Shown: in pieces, positions 9,637 through 20,730 of the stretch
How the letters are laid out: each line of letters starts with the position of its first letter
Position numbering within the stretch: the first letter of the stretch is position 1
Assembly (NCBI GenBank): GCA_049288525.1
Contig: JBAQHW010000144.1
Span: 776 to 64,775, forward strand
Length of the DNA: 64,000 nucleotides
Reading direction: 5' to 3'
From: Xanthobacteraceae bacterium
GTDB taxonomy: Bacteria > Pseudomonadota > Alphaproteobacteria > Rhizobiales > Xanthobacteraceae
Notes under the pieces: model-generated
What the model was told of the DNA's origin: nothing
Database searches by the model: none
Seen by the model: the letters and a program-made list of their open reading frames with translations, nothing else
Made by a program: the position numbers and the translations under genes

Positions 9637-12600
9637 ATGAACGTCTCCGAGCCATTCATCCTTCGTCCGGTGGGCACGACGCTCTTGATGGCGGCGATCC
9701 TGCTGTCCGGCATGGTGGCCTACAGCTTTCTGCCGCTGTCCACCTTGCCCGAGGTCGACTACCCGACAATTCAGGTGCAAACGCTGTATCCCGGCGCCAG
9801 TCCGGAGGTCATGACTTCGTCGGTCACGGCGCCGCTCGAAAGGCAGTTGGGTCAGATGCCCGGCTTGAACCAGATGACGTCGGCAAGCTCCGCCGGCGCG
9901 TCGGTGATCACGCTGCAATTTAGCCTCGATCTGTCGCTCGATATCGCCGAACAGGAGGTACAGGCTTCCATCAACGCCGCCGGCAATCTGTTGCCGGCCG
10001 ACCTGCCGGCGCCGCCGATCTATTCGAAAGTCAATCCCGCCGATGCGCCGATCCTCGCGCTGGCGGTGACGTCGGACACGCTGGCGCTTACCGACCTGGA
10101 GAATTACAGCGAGACCCGGCTGGCGCAAAAGATCTCGCAGCTGACCGGCGTGGGACTCGTGAGCATCAGCGGCGGACAGCGGCCGGCGGTGCGCATTCAG
10201 CTCAATCCGGATTCACTCGCCGCCTACGGTCTCAACCTCGACGACGTGCGCACCATCATCGGCAATCTCAACGTCAACACACCGAAAGGCAATTTCGACG
10301 GCCCGACGCAGGCTATGACGATCAATGCCAACGACCAACTCACCAGCGCCGATCAATATCGCAATCTCATTGTGGCCTATCGCAACGGCGCCCCGGTCAA
10401 GCTCACCGACGTCGCCAGCATCGTCAGCGGCCCGGAAAACACCAAGCTCGGCGCCTGGGCGAACACGACGCCGGCGATCATCGTCAACGTGCAGCGCCAG
10501 CCCGGCGCCAATATCATTCAAGTCGTCGACCGCATACAGTCGTTGCTGCCGCAGATCATGTCGACGCTGCCGCAAGCCATGAATGTCCGCGTGTTGAGCG
10601 ACCGCACGGTGACGATCCGCGCCTCGGTGGCCGACGTCGAATTCGAGCTTGGCCTCGCGGTCGTGCTGGTGGTGCTGGTGATCTTCGTGTTCCTGCGCAC
10701 GCTGCCGGGCACGGTCATCCCGAGCCTGTCGGTGCCGCTGTCGCTGGTCGGCACGTTCGGGGCGATGTATCTCTTGGGCTTCTCGCTCGACAATCTGTCG
10801 CTGATGGCGCTGACGATCGCCACCGGCTTCGTCGTCGACGACGCCATCGTCATGATCGAGAACATCGCCCGCTATGTCGAAGGCGGCATGGCCCCCGTCG
10901 AAGCGGCGCTGCGCGGTTCCGAGCAGATCGGTTTCACCATCATATCGCTCACCATCTCGCTGATTGCCGTGCTGATCCCGCTGTTGTTCATGGGCGACGT
11001 GGTCGGCCGCCTGTTCCACGAGTTTTCCATCACGCTGGCGGTCACTATCGTCATTTCCGCCATCGTATCGCTGACCCTGGTGCCGATGATGTGCGCCAAG
11101 CTCATTCGCCATCGTGGCGAGGGCGAACGCAGCAATTTCGATCTCAAGGCCGAGGAAATCTTCAATGCGGTCATCGCGCGTTACGGCCAGGCGCTGAATT
11201 GGGTGCTCGACCGTCAGCCGGCGACATTGCTGGTCGCCGTGTTGACGCTGGCTTTAACCATCGTGCTGTACCTGCTCATCCCGAAGGGATTTTTTCCGGT
11301 CCAGGACACCGGCGAGATCCAGGCCATAACCGAGGCGTCGCAGAGCGTCTCGTATGATCAGATGGCAAAACTGCAGGGCGATCTTGCCGAGGCCGTTCTC
11401 AAGGATCCGGACGTCGTTAATTTAAGCTCCTTCGTCGGCGTCGACGGCACCAATCAGACTCTCAATACCGGCCGCTTCCTGATCAGTCTCAAGCCGCACG
11501 ATCAGCGCAATCTGAGCGCCAGCGATATCATCCGGCGCCTGCAAAGCGAGGTCGCGGGCGTTGTCGGCATCGGCCTCTACATGCAGCCGGTACAGGATTT
11601 GACGATCGATTCGACCATCAGCCGCGCGCCGTATCATTTCGTGCTCGAAGATGCCAATGCCACGGAGTTCAGCACGTGGGTGCCGCAACTGGTGCAACGG
11701 CTCAGCCAACTGCCGCAAATCACCGACGTGGCGAGCGACATGCAGGAACAGGGCTTGGCGGCCGATATTGTAATCGACCGCGCCACGGCAAGCCGGTTCG
11801 GCATCACGCCGGCAACGATCGATAACGTGCTCTACGACGCCTTCGGCCAGCGCATCGTCTCCACCATCTATACGCAATCCAATCAGTATCGGGTCATTCT
11901 GGAAGTCGATCCCAATCTGCAACAGTCGCTGAGCGCGCTGAAATCGCTGTATTTTCCGTCATCCTCGTCGACGACCAACGGTCAGGTGCCACTGACCGCG
12001 ATTGCGCATATCGAGGAACACGCCGCACCGCTCTTGATCACGCATTACGGTCAATTTCCAGCGACAACGATTTCATTCAATACCGCGCCGGGCTATTCGC
12101 TGGGTGCCGCCGTCACCGCGATCCAGCAAACGGAGAGCCAGGTCGGACTGCCGATAAGCTTCATCACCGCGTTCCAGGGCACCGCCGCCGCGTTCCAGGC
12201 GTCTCTCGCCAATGAAGTCTTTTTGATCATCGCCGCGGTGGTGGCGATGTACATCGTGCTTGGCGTTCTCTACGAGAGCTTCGTCCATCCGATCACCATC
12301 CTGTCAACGCTGCCCTCCGCCGGAGTCGGCGCGCTCTTGTCGCTGATGCTGCTGCATTACGACCTCGACGTGATCGCCATCATCGGCATCATCCTCCTGA
12401 TCGGCATCGTCAAGAAAAACGCCATCATGATGATCGACTTCGCGCTGGATGCCGAGCGCGCCGAAGGGATGGCGCCGCGCGATGCCATCTATCAGGCCTG
12501 CTTGCTGCGCTTCCGGCCGATCATGATGACGACGTTCGCCGCCATGCTGGGCGCGCTCCCCTTGATGCTCGGCACTGGAACCGGCTCGGAATTGCGTCAG

Positions 12601-12756
12601 CCCCTCGGCGTCGCCATCATCGGCGGCCTGATCGTGAGTCAGGCGCTGACGCTGTTCACCACGCCGGTGATTTACCTCTATTTCGACCGGTTGGCGGTCC
12701 GTCTCATCGGCCGCCGGCCGTCGGCGCCGATCGTGCCTGAAGCGCCGGCTGAATGA
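9637..12756 (+). CDS. mdtB: RND permease, MdtB-like (1039 aa)
   Basis: AcrB-family sequence and first of two tandem RND genes. Its stop overlaps the next start (ATGA at 12753-12756). Confidence 0.88.
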   Translation: MNVSEPFILRPVGTTLLMAAILLSGMVAYSFLPLSTLPEVDYPTIQVQTLYPGASPEVMTSSVTAPLERQLGQMPGLNQMTSASSAGASVITLQFSLDLSLDIAEQEVQASINAAGNLLPADLPAPPIYSKVNPADAPILALAVTSDTLALTDLENYSETRLAQKISQLTGVGLVSISGGQRPAVRIQLNPDSLAAYGLNLDDVRTIIGNLNVNTPKGNFDGPTQAMTINANDQLTSADQYRNLIVAYRNGAPVKLTDVASIVSGPENTKLGAWANTTPAIIVNVQRQPGANIIQVVDRIQSLLPQIMSTLPQAMNVRVLSDRTVTIRASVADVEFELGLAVVLVVLVIFVFLRTLPGTVIPSLSVPLSLVGTFGAMYLLGFSLDNLSLMALTIATGFVVDDAIVMIENIARYVEGGMAPVEAALRGSEQIGFTIISLTISLIAVLIPLLFMGDVVGRLFHEFSITLAVTIVISAIVSLTLVPMMCAKLIRHRGEGERSNFDLKAEEIFNAVIARYGQALNWVLDRQPATLLVAVLTLALTIVLYLLIPKGFFPVQDTGEIQAITEASQSVSYDQMAKLQGDLAEAVLKDPDVVNLSSFVGVDGTNQTLNTGRFLISLKPHDQRNLSASDIIRRLQSEVAGVVGIGLYMQPVQDLTIDSTISRAPYHFVLEDANATEFSTWVPQLVQRLSQLPQITDVASDMQEQGLAADIVIDRATASRFGITPATIDNVLYDAFGQRIVSTIYTQSNQYRVILEVDPNLQQSLSALKSLYFPSSSSTTNGQVPLTAIAHIEEHAAPLLITHYGQFPATTISFNTAPGYSLGAAVTAIQQTESQVGLPISFITAFQGTAAAFQASLANEVFLIIAAVVAMYIVLGVLYESFVHPITILSTLPSAGVGALLSLMLLHYDLDVIAIIGIILLIGIVKKNAIMMIDFALDAERAEGMAPRDAIYQACLLRFRPIMMTTFAAMLGALPLMLGTGTGSELRQPLGVAIIGGLIVSQALTLFTTPVIYLYFDRLAVRLIGRRPSAPIVPEAPAE

Positions 12757-15700
12757 ATATATCCGCGCCATTCATAAACCGGCCGGTGGCCACCACGCTG
12801 CTCACGCTCGGTATCGCGATCGCCGGCATTCTCGCCTTCTCTAAGCTCCCAGTGGCGCCGCTGCCCCAGGTCGACTTTCCGACTATTTCGGTCAGTGCCC
12901 AGCTTCCGGGCGCCAGCCCGGAAACCGTGGCGACCAGCGTTGCCGAGCCGCTCGAGCGCCACCTCGGCCAGATCGCCGACGTCAGCGAAATGACGTCGAA
13001 AAGCGGCATCGGACAGACCCGTATCACGCTGCAGTTCGACCTCAACCGCGACATCGACGGAGCCGCGCGCGACGTGCAGGCGGCGATCAATGCCGCCCGC
13101 GCCGATCTGCCGGCAAGCCTGAAAAGCAATCCGACTTATCGCAAGGTCAATCCGGCGGATGCACCGATCCTCATCTTGGCGATAACGTCGAAGACCCTCA
13201 CCCAGGGCCAGATTTACGACGCCGCCAGCAACGTCTTCCAGCAACAATTGTCGCAGATCACCGGCATCGGACAGGTCATCCTTGGCGGCGCGGCGCTGCC
13301 GGCCGTGCGGGTCGAGCTCAATCCGCAAGCTCTGTTCAAATACGGCATCGGTCTTGAAGATGTGCGCGCCGCGCTGGCCTCCGCCAATGCCAACAGTCCG
13401 AAAGGCACCATCGACGATGGCGGACGACGGTTCCAAATCTACACCAACGATCAATCGACCAAGGCCGTGGATTACGCGCCGCTCATCATCGCTTATCGCG
13501 ACGGCGCCACGGTCAAATTGTCGGACGTCGCGAGGGTCAGCGACTCGGTCGAAGACGTGCGCAATCTCGGCCTGTCCAACGGCCAGCCCTCGGTGCTGGT
13601 CATTTTGTTCCGCCAGCCGGGTGCCAACATCATCGATACCATCGACAGTGTGAAGGCCGAGCTGCCGCATCTCGAAGCCGCCATGCCGGCCGACGTCAAT
13701 GTGACCATCGCCATCGATCGCTCAACCACGATCCGCCAATCGCTGCACGACACCGAATTGACGCTCGTGATCGCCATCACCCTGGTGACGATCGTAGTCT
13801 ATCTGTTCTTGCGCAATATTCGCGCCACCACGATCCCGTCGGTAGCGGTCCCGGTTTCGATTCTCGGCACATTCGGCGCGATGTACCTGCTCGGCTACAG
13901 CCTGGATATCCTTTCGCTGATGGCGCTGACCATTGCCACCGGCTTCGTGGTCGACGACGCCATCGTGGTCTTGGAAAACATTTCCCGGCACATCGAAGCC
14001 GGCGTGCCACGGGTGGAGGCTGCTTTTCTGGGCGCCCGGGAGGTCGGATTCACCGTGCTGTCGATCAGCCTGTCGTTGATCGCGGTGTTTCTGCCGATTC
14101 TGCTGATGGGCGGCATATTGGGCCGGCTCTTCCGCGAATTCACCATGACGCTGTCGCTCGCCATCATGATCTCGCTGGTGATTTCGCTGACCACCACGCC
14201 CATGATGTGTGCGCTCTTGCTGCGCAGCCAGCCACCGCGCGAAACGCCAAGACGGCGCAGTCTGTTCGACCACGTGCTCTCCGGCTACGAGCATTCGCTG
14301 AGCTGGGCCTTGCGTCACAGCCGCGTCGTTCTCGTCATCTTCTTCGGCGCGATCATTCTCAACGTCGTCTTGTTCTACATCGTGCCGAAGGGTTTCTTTC
14401 CCGAAGAAGACACCGGCCGCATGATCGGCTCGCTGCAGGCCGATCAAAGCGTCTCATTTCAGCTGATGACGCAAAAACTGCGGCAAATGATGGCCATCGT
14501 GCAGCAAGACCCGGCGGTGGAACATGTCGTCGGCTATACCGGCGTGGGCTCCGGCGGCGGCTTCGGCCAGATCAACACCGGTTCGGTGTTCGTCTCGTTA
14601 AAACCGATCGGGCAACGGCCGCCGATGGATCAGGTGATCGCACGGCTGCGGCCGAAGCTGGCGAAAGTGCCCGGCGGCCGGCTGTTTCTGTTTGGCGTGC
14701 AAGACATTCGCGCCGGCGGCCGGCAAAGCAACGCAGAATATCAATACACCCTCCAGGCCGACGATCCGGATTTGCTGGCCAAGTGGACTCCCTTGCTGGT
14801 TAAGGCGCTTGAGCATTCGAAGGTCATGGCCGACGTGAACTCGGATCAGCAGCAACGGGGCCTGGAATCCGATCTCATCATCGACCGGCCGACCGCATCG
14901 CGGTTGGGAATTACGCCGGCACAGATCGACAACACGCTTTACGACGCTTTCGGGCAGCGCCAAGTCTCGGTGATTTACAGTGCGATCAATCAGTACCATG
15001 TCGTCATGGAAATAGACCCGCGCTACACCCAATATCCAGAGTCGCTGCAGGATATTTACGTAGCGACCTCGGGCGGCGGTGCCTCGGGGACTCAGACCAG
15101 TAACGCGCCGGCGGGAACCGTTACGCCTGTCCAGACCGCCGCGGCCGCCGTTGCCGCATCGACCAGCGCGACGGCCGCCACCACCGCCAACAACAATTCG
15201 GCGCGCAATGCTGCCATCAATGCGCTGGCTAATTCCGGCAAGGGCTCGACATCCTCGGGCGCCGCGGTTTCCACGGCGCAGGAAACGATGATCCCGCTCG
15301 CTGCAGTCAGCCATTACAGGCCGGGAAACGCACCATTGTCGGTTAGTCATCAGGGGCTGTTCGTCGCCGACACGATTTCCTTCAATCTGCGGCCGGGCGC
15401 CGCGCTCGGCGATGCCGCCAGCGAAATCGACGACGCGGTCAAGCGAATCCGCATGCCGGCTTCGATTCACGGCAACCTCGCCGGCACCGCACAGGTGTTC
15501 GCGCAATCGCTCGCCAATGAACCGGTGCTGATCGCCACGGCCATTGCCGCCGTCTATATTCTTTTGGGGGTATTGTACGAGAGCTACATCCACCCGATTA
15601 CGATTCTCTCGACACTGCCGTCAGCCGGCGTCGGCGCCATTCTCGCGCTGATGCTGTTCCATACCGAGTTCAGCATCATCGCCCTGATCGGGGTGATCCT

Positions 15701-16076
15701 GCTCATCGGCATCGTCAAGAAGAACGCGATCATGATGATCGATTTCGCCGTCGAAGCAAAGCGCTCCCGGAATTTGAGCTCGTACGATGCGATTTTTCAG
15801 GCCTGCATGTTGCGGTTCCGGCCGATCATGATGACCACCTCGGCCGCCATCCTCGGCGCCATCCCCTTGGCGGTGAGCTTCGGCAATGGCGGGGAGATTC
15901 GCCGGCCGCTCGGCATTTCGATCGTCGGCGGACTTTTGATCAGCCAATTGCTGACGCTTTACACAACGCCGGTGGTCTATCTGTATATGGACCGGCTCGG
16001 CCAGTGGTCGCTGCAGACACGCGCGCGGCTGTTCCCCGGCCTGTTCGGCGCGCCGCCCATGACGCCGGCGGAATGA
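12753..16076 (+). CDS. mdtC: RND permease, MdtC-like (1107 aa), with a low-complexity periplasmic insertion
   Basis: AcrB-family sequence and second tandem RND gene. It carries an extra ~65-aa Ala/Thr/Ser/Asn-rich segment (about 15061-15290) that is absent from both paralogs in this window. Confidence 0.88.
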   Translation: MNISAPFINRPVATTLLTLGIAIAGILAFSKLPVAPLPQVDFPTISVSAQLPGASPETVATSVAEPLERHLGQIADVSEMTSKSGIGQTRITLQFDLNRDIDGAARDVQAAINAARADLPASLKSNPTYRKVNPADAPILILAITSKTLTQGQIYDAASNVFQQQLSQITGIGQVILGGAALPAVRVELNPQALFKYGIGLEDVRAALASANANSPKGTIDDGGRRFQIYTNDQSTKAVDYAPLIIAYRDGATVKLSDVARVSDSVEDVRNLGLSNGQPSVLVILFRQPGANIIDTIDSVKAELPHLEAAMPADVNVTIAIDRSTTIRQSLHDTELTLVIAITLVTIVVYLFLRNIRATTIPSVAVPVSILGTFGAMYLLGYSLDILSLMALTIATGFVVDDAIVVLENISRHIEAGVPRVEAAFLGAREVGFTVLSISLSLIAVFLPILLMGGILGRLFREFTMTLSLAIMISLVISLTTTPMMCALLLRSQPPRETPRRRSLFDHVLSGYEHSLSWALRHSRVVLVIFFGAIILNVVLFYIVPKGFFPEEDTGRMIGSLQADQSVSFQLMTQKLRQMMAIVQQDPAVEHVVGYTGVGSGGGFGQINTGSVFVSLKPIGQRPPMDQVIARLRPKLAKVPGGRLFLFGVQDIRAGGRQSNAEYQYTLQADDPDLLAKWTPLLVKALEHSKVMADVNSDQQQRGLESDLIIDRPTASRLGITPAQIDNTLYDAFGQRQVSVIYSAINQYHVVMEIDPRYTQYPESLQDIYVATSGGGASGTQTSNAPAGTVTPVQTAAAAVAASTSATAATTANNNSARNAAINALANSGKGSTSSGAAVSTAQETMIPLAAVSHYRPGNAPLSVSHQGLFVADTISFNLRPGAALGDAASEIDDAVKRIRMPASIHGNLAGTAQVFAQSLANEPVLIATAIAAVYILLGVLYESYIHPITILSTLPSAGVGAILALMLFHTEFSIIALIGVILLIGIVKKNAIMMIDFAVEAKRSRNLSSYDAIFQACMLRFRPIMMTTSAAILGAIPLAVSFGNGGEIRRPLGISIVGGLLISQLLTLYTTPVVYLYMDRLGQWSLQTRARLFPGLFGAPPMTPAE

Positions 16077-16107
16077 CGCCAAGCTGCCCGGCAAATCTAG
16101 CGGCGCT

Positions 16108-16455
16108 TCAGCGAACGTAGATCGGTGGCCGTGTGTAACAACAGGGGAAGGCGCCTTGATCCTCCACCGGACCGAGGATTTTGCGCAGGCGGTTAATCTC
16201 GGCGCGCGCCGCGCTGATTTGCGGACCCTTTATGCCGTCGTCGACGTATGGATCGGCCTCCAGCCGGTCGATCAACGTGATGTCGGCGTAGATGGTATCG
16301 CGAAGGCACTGGTAGCAGGGATACTCGACCTGGCCGTAGTCGCCGGCAACGGCCGGCGCCGCAACGCCGAGCGAGGCTGCAAGGCCCCCCAGCATTAGAA
16401 CCAAGGATAGAATCAAGGAACGAGTTGCGAGAGCAATTTTCACCGGGTTCTCCAA
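16108..16455 (-). CDS. Small exported hypothetical protein (115 aa, 4 Cys)
   Basis: Clear signal peptide (LILSLVLMLGGLAASLGVAAPAVAG). It is convergent with mdtC. I recognise no family. Confidence 0.55.
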   Translation of the reverse strand: MENPVKIALATRSLILSLVLMLGGLAASLGVAAPAVAGDYGQVEYPCYQCLRDTIYADITLIDRLEADPYVDDGIKGPQISAARAEINRLRKILGPVEDQGAFPCCYTRPPIYVR

Positions 16456-16590
16456 TCGCGATCATAGCCGAATTGGCGCGGGAACGAAATACCGTCTCGG
16501 CTAGATCGGCCTTGGGCGCGGTAGCGTGTGCGCTCCAATAACGCCTATTATGGCAAGCATAAGCAAGATCGGACTGGGGAGTGAATTGCC

Positions 16591-18228
16591 ATGAAAGGCG
16601 CCGAGGTCATTGCTGAAATTCTCAAGCGTGAGGGGACCGAATTTCTGTCGTGCTACCCGCGCAATCCCGTAATCGAGCCCTGCGCCGCCATCGACATTCG
16701 TCCGATTCTGTGCCGGCAGGAACGGGTCGGGGTCGGCATAGCCGACGGCTATTCGCGCATCAAGCGTGGCAAGAAAAACGGCGTATTCGCCGCCCAAGCC
16801 GGCCCCGGCATCGAAAACGCCTTCCCCGGCATCGCCCAAGCGTTTGCCGAGAACGTGCCGCTCCTAGTCGTTTCCGGCGGGCTGCCGCTGCATCGGCAAT
16901 ATGTCCGTCCGGTGTTCCGGGCCGCGGAGGTCTATCGTGCGGTGACGAAATGGTCGGCGCTGGCGCACAATGTGCAGGAGTTGCCGGACTTGATGCGGCG
17001 CGCCTACCAGGCCATGCGTTCGGGCAAACCCGGACCGGTATTGATCGAAGTACCGGATGAGGTGTTCGAGGCGGAATTCAAAGGCGCACTCGATTATCGA
17101 CCGGTGCCGGTGCAACGCACAGCAGCCGATCCCGCAGCGATCAAAAAGGCCGCCGAGATGCTGCTCGCGGCCAAGCATCCACTGCTCTGGGCCGGGCAAG
17201 GCGTGCACTACGCGGAGGCGGCCGAACAGCTCGCGGCACTGGCCGAAATGCTGCCGGCGCCGGTTGTCGCCACCAATCCAGGCAAAAGCGCGATCCCCGA
17301 CAACCATCCGCTGGCGCTCGGCGGTTCGACGCGCTCGCGTTCGAAAGTATTTGCCGATTTCCTCAACAAGTCCGACGTCGTGATGGCGATCGGCTCGAGC
17401 CTTACGGTCACTCCGTTCGGTCCCGCGGTGCCGCCGGGAAAAACCATCATCCACTCCACCAACGATGCGGGCGACATCAACAAGGAATATCGCGCCGATC
17501 AGGCGGTCGTCGGCGACGCCGGTCTCGTCATCGAAGCGTTGATCGCCGAACTCTCCAGGCAGAAGGGGCCGGGCGGCGGCAACGCGCTTGTTTCACTGAA
17601 AGAGGAAATTGCCGCCGGCAAAAAGGTATGGCTGGATGAATGGGCGAAGTTTCTCAATTCCGACGAGATGCCGCTCAATCAATATCGAGTCATCCGCGAC
17701 ATGATGCGCACGCTGCCGCGCGAAGACGTCATCATCACGCACGATTCCGGCAGCCCGCGCGAGCAGATGGTCCCGTTCTGGGAAACCACGGCGGCCGGCT
17801 CTTACATGGGCTGGGGCAAGTCGACCCAGCTCGGCTATGGACTCGGCATCACCATGGGCGCCAAGCTCGCGGCGCCGACAAAGCTCTGCATCAACGTCAT
17901 GGGCGATGCCGCCATCGGCATGACCGGAATGGATATCGAGACGGCGGCGCGCAACCGTATCGCGATCCTCACGGTGGTATTCAATAACGGCGTCATGGGT
18001 GCCGAGCGCGACGTGCTGACGATCTCGGATGCCAAATATGGCGCCATGACGGTCGGCGGCAACTACACCAAAGTAGCCGAGGGGCTCAACGTCGCGGCAC
18101 GGCGCGTAGAGAAGCCGGGCGATATCGTCGGCGCACTCAAAGAGGCCGCAGACACGACCGAAAAGGGCGCGCCGTTCCTGCTTGAGTTCATGGTCAAAGA
18201 GGGACGCGACTTTTCCCGTTATGCGTGA
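16591..18228 (+). CDS. Thiamine-pyrophosphate-dependent enzyme (acetolactate-synthase-like family)
   Basis: N-terminal TPP-Pyr domain (MKGAEVIAEILKREGTEFLSCYP...GPGIENA) and C-terminal TPP-binding GDAAIGM...NNG motif. GGGGAG RBS upstream. Confidence 0.85.
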   Translation: MKGAEVIAEILKREGTEFLSCYPRNPVIEPCAAIDIRPILCRQERVGVGIADGYSRIKRGKKNGVFAAQAGPGIENAFPGIAQAFAENVPLLVVSGGLPLHRQYVRPVFRAAEVYRAVTKWSALAHNVQELPDLMRRAYQAMRSGKPGPVLIEVPDEVFEAEFKGALDYRPVPVQRTAADPAAIKKAAEMLLAAKHPLLWAGQGVHYAEAAEQLAALAEMLPAPVVATNPGKSAIPDNHPLALGGSTRSRSKVFADFLNKSDVVMAIGSSLTVTPFGPAVPPGKTIIHSTNDAGDINKEYRADQAVVGDAGLVIEALIAELSRQKGPGGGNALVSLKEEIAAGKKVWLDEWAKFLNSDEMPLNQYRVIRDMMRTLPREDVIITHDSGSPREQMVPFWETTAAGSYMGWGKSTQLGYGLGITMGAKLAAPTKLCINVMGDAAIGMTGMDIETAARNRIAILTVVFNNGVMGAERDVLTISDAKYGAMTVGGNYTKVAEGLNVAARRVEKPGDIVGALKEAADTTEKGAPFLLEFMVKEGRDFSRYA

Positions 18229-18722
18229 CGTCCTAACCGGCGATTTGGCCCAGCGGCCGGCGCTTCACTGCCGACGACGCCTTGCAGGAGCGCCCGCAAC
18301 TGTTCGGCGCGTCTGAGACCGAAGGAATTCTCAAAGTGCGCCTGCGCAGCCTGCCAGGCTTTGCTTGCCTGCCGAAGTCGCGCCGTGCCGGCGGTGGTCA
18401 CCCGCATTTCCTTGCTGCGCCGATCGGACCTGACGCTGCCGATCTCGATCAAGCCGTCACGCTGCAGCGGTAGAATATTGCGGCCAAGCGTGGTGCGGTC
18501 CATCACCAGCTCGGCGGCGAGCGCATTGATCGTCATCGGTCCTTTGCGCTGCAGCCTTGCAAGAATGGAATACTGGGTCGACCGTAAGCCGGTCGGCGCC
18601 AGGAATTGATCATAGATTTGCGTGAGATGCCGCGTTGCCTGACGCAGCGCCAGGCAATTGCAGGCCGCCGGGTTGGTCGAAGGTATTGGCATTTCCAGCA
18701 TTGCTGGACTGTGGCCTTTCAT
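18219..18722 (-). CDS. MarR-family transcriptional regulator (start uncertain: 18722, 18701 or 18692)
   Basis: Winged-helix MarR core (LRSTQYSILARLQRKGPMTINALAAELVMDRTTLGRNILPLQRDGLIEI...DRRSKEMRVT). The track ORF start at 18917 would overlap the divergent MATE gene, so I trimmed it. Confidence 0.85.
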   Translation of the reverse strand: MKGHSPAMLEMPIPSTNPAACNCLALRQATRHLTQIYDQFLAPTGLRSTQYSILARLQRKGPMTINALAAELVMDRTTLGRNILPLQRDGLIEIGSVRSDRRSKEMRVTTAGTARLRQASKAWQAAQAHFENSFGLRRAEQLRALLQGVVGSEAPAAGPNRRLGRHA

Positions 18723-18744
18723 ATAGGTGTATATACGCCTATAT
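18721..18744. promoter_or_regulatory. 24-bp near-perfect palindrome, candidate MarR operator
   Basis: ATATAGGTGTATATACGCCTATAT, i.e. ATATAGG-yr-TATATA-yr-CCTATAT. It lies in the 71-bp gap between the divergent marR-like and MATE genes and is the only AT-rich element there. Confidence 0.55.
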
Positions 18745-18793
18745 CCGCAGTCGTTCAATAGTCGCCGGTTGACGGTTCGGTCCGGAGTTCCCG

Positions 18794-20263
18794 ATGTCCG
18801 TACACAGCATCGCATCTTCCGAGGCATTGCCCCCGGCGGCAGCCGAATCCGCCCCCGCGGCGGAGGCCGGTTTCGATCCCCGCACCCGCGCTCTGATCGA
18901 CGGACCGATTGCCGCAACGCTTATTCGCCTTGCCGCGCCGAACATGCTGGTGATGCTGGCACAGAGTTCGGTCGGCCTGGTCGAGACCTATTTCGTCGGT
19001 AAGCTCGGTACCGATGCTTTGGCCGGTGTCGCCCTGGTCTTCCCGTTGTTGATGCTCATGCAAATGATGTCGGCGGGCGCCGTCGGCGGCGGCATATCAT
19101 CGTCGATCGCTCGCGCGCTCGGCTCCGGCCGCCGGGCCGACGCGGATGCGTTGGTTTGGCATGCACTGGTCATCGCGCTTGTCTTCGGGCTGACGTTCAT
19201 GGCGGCGCTGCTGGGAGGCGGCACCTGGCTCTATGCAGCGATGGGCGGCAGCGGCGCAACATTGCAGGCTGCCAATACCTACTCGTCGGTCGTGTTTACC
19301 GGCGCGATCCTAGTGTGGCTGTTCAACACACTCAGCAATGTGATTCGCGGCACGGGCAACATGATCGTGCCGGCGCTCGTGACCTGCGCCGGCGTGGTCG
19401 TGCTCATTCCCTTGTCGCCGTGCCTCATCTTCGGCTTGGGTCCGTTTCCGCGATTGGGCGTCGCCGGCGGCGCCGTTGCGGTCGTGCTCTATTACGCCGC
19501 GGGGAGCCTGGTTCTCGCCGGCTATCTGCGATCGGGCCGCAGTATCGTGCAATTTGCGTTTGGCGGCATCACATTTCGCTGGTCTCTGTTTACCGACATA
19601 TTGCGGGTGGGCCTGGTCGCGGCCTTGATCACCGTTCAGACCAATCTGACCATCGCGATTGCCACGGGGCTTGTCGGTTCTTTCGGACCCGCAGCGATCG
19701 CAGGCTACGGTACCGGGTCGCGGCTCGAATATCTCTTGATCCCACTCGTGTTTGGAATGGGCGGCCCGCTCGTCGCCATGGTCGGAACGAATATTGGCGC
19801 CGGCCGACGCGATCGTGCCATACGCGTGGCTTGGATCGGCGCCGCGATCGCCGCCGGACTTTGCGAGGCGATCGGCTTGGCGGCGGCGGCCGCACCTGGC
19901 GCATGGCTGTCGCTGTTCGGCACTGCGCCGGCGATGATCGACGCCGGGTCGCGCTACCTGCACACGGTCGGGCTGGTTTACGGGCTATTCGGTCTCGGCA
20001 TGGCGCTTTATTTCGCTTCGCAAGGCGCTGGTCGGCTGTTGTGGCCGCTGATCGCCAATATGGTGCGGCTGGTGATCGCGGCCGGCGGCGGCTTTATCGC
20101 CTTGCGCCTGACCGGTAATCTGACCGGTGTATTCGCGGCGCTGGCCGTAGCGCTCGCCGCATTCGGCCTGATCAACGCGGTCGCCGTCGCACGCGGCGTC
20201 TGGTTCAAGGATGGTCACCGTCACTTCTCCGACGTGCCACCACGGGAGCACGTGAAACAATGA
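18794..20263 (+). CDS. MATE-family multidrug efflux transporter
   Basis: 489 aa, about 12 TM, with a typical MATE N-terminal block (LAAPNMLVMLAQSSVGLVETYFVGKLGTDALAGVALVFPL). Confidence 0.88.
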   Translation: MSVHSIASSEALPPAAAESAPAAEAGFDPRTRALIDGPIAATLIRLAAPNMLVMLAQSSVGLVETYFVGKLGTDALAGVALVFPLLMLMQMMSAGAVGGGISSSIARALGSGRRADADALVWHALVIALVFGLTFMAALLGGGTWLYAAMGGSGATLQAANTYSSVVFTGAILVWLFNTLSNVIRGTGNMIVPALVTCAGVVVLIPLSPCLIFGLGPFPRLGVAGGAVAVVLYYAAGSLVLAGYLRSGRSIVQFAFGGITFRWSLFTDILRVGLVAALITVQTNLTIAIATGLVGSFGPAAIAGYGTGSRLEYLLIPLVFGMGGPLVAMVGTNIGAGRRDRAIRVAWIGAAIAAGLCEAIGLAAAAAPGAWLSLFGTAPAMIDAGSRYLHTVGLVYGLFGLGMALYFASQGAGRLLWPLIANMVRLVIAAGGGFIALRLTGNLTGVFAALAVALAAFGLINAVAVARGVWFKDGHRHFSDVPPREHVKQ

Positions 20264-20730
20264 CTGTGCGCTATTTGGACGACTTCGCTCCGGGACAAGT
20301 GTTCAAGACCGGCACTATCCGCGTTGACAAGGAAGATATCTTCGCGTTTGCGCGGCAGTTCGATCCGCAGCCGTTCCATATCGACGAAGCAGCGGCACGC
20401 AACTCGCCGTTCCAGGGCCTCGCCGCCAGCGGCTGGCACACCGCAGCGCTGACCATGCGGCTGATGGTCGACGGCGAGTTCAAACCGGCAGGCGGCATTC
20501 TCGGTGTCGGCTTCGACGAACTGAACTGGCCGCGCGCGGTGCGGCCTGGCGACGAGCTGCACGCCGCAAGCGAAATCATCGCGGTGCGGCCGTCGAAGTC
20601 GCGCCCCGACCGCGGCGTGCTCCGTGTTCGCACGACGACGTTCAACCACAACGACGAGGCAGTCATGATGTTCACCGGCAATCTTCTGGTGCCGAAACGC
20701 CCGGCGCCCCCCCAACACGGACAAAGCTGA
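20260..20730 (+). CDS. MaoC-like (R)-hydratase/dehydratase domain protein
   Basis: Hot-dog MaoC signature (FAFARQFDPQPFHIDEAAARNSPFQGLAASGWHT). ATGA overlap with the MATE stop. Confidence 0.85.
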   Translation: MTVRYLDDFAPGQVFKTGTIRVDKEDIFAFARQFDPQPFHIDEAAARNSPFQGLAASGWHTAALTMRLMVDGEFKPAGGILGVGFDELNWPRAVRPGDELHAASEIIAVRPSKSRPDRGVLRVRTTTFNHNDEAVMMFTGNLLVPKRPAPPQHGQS

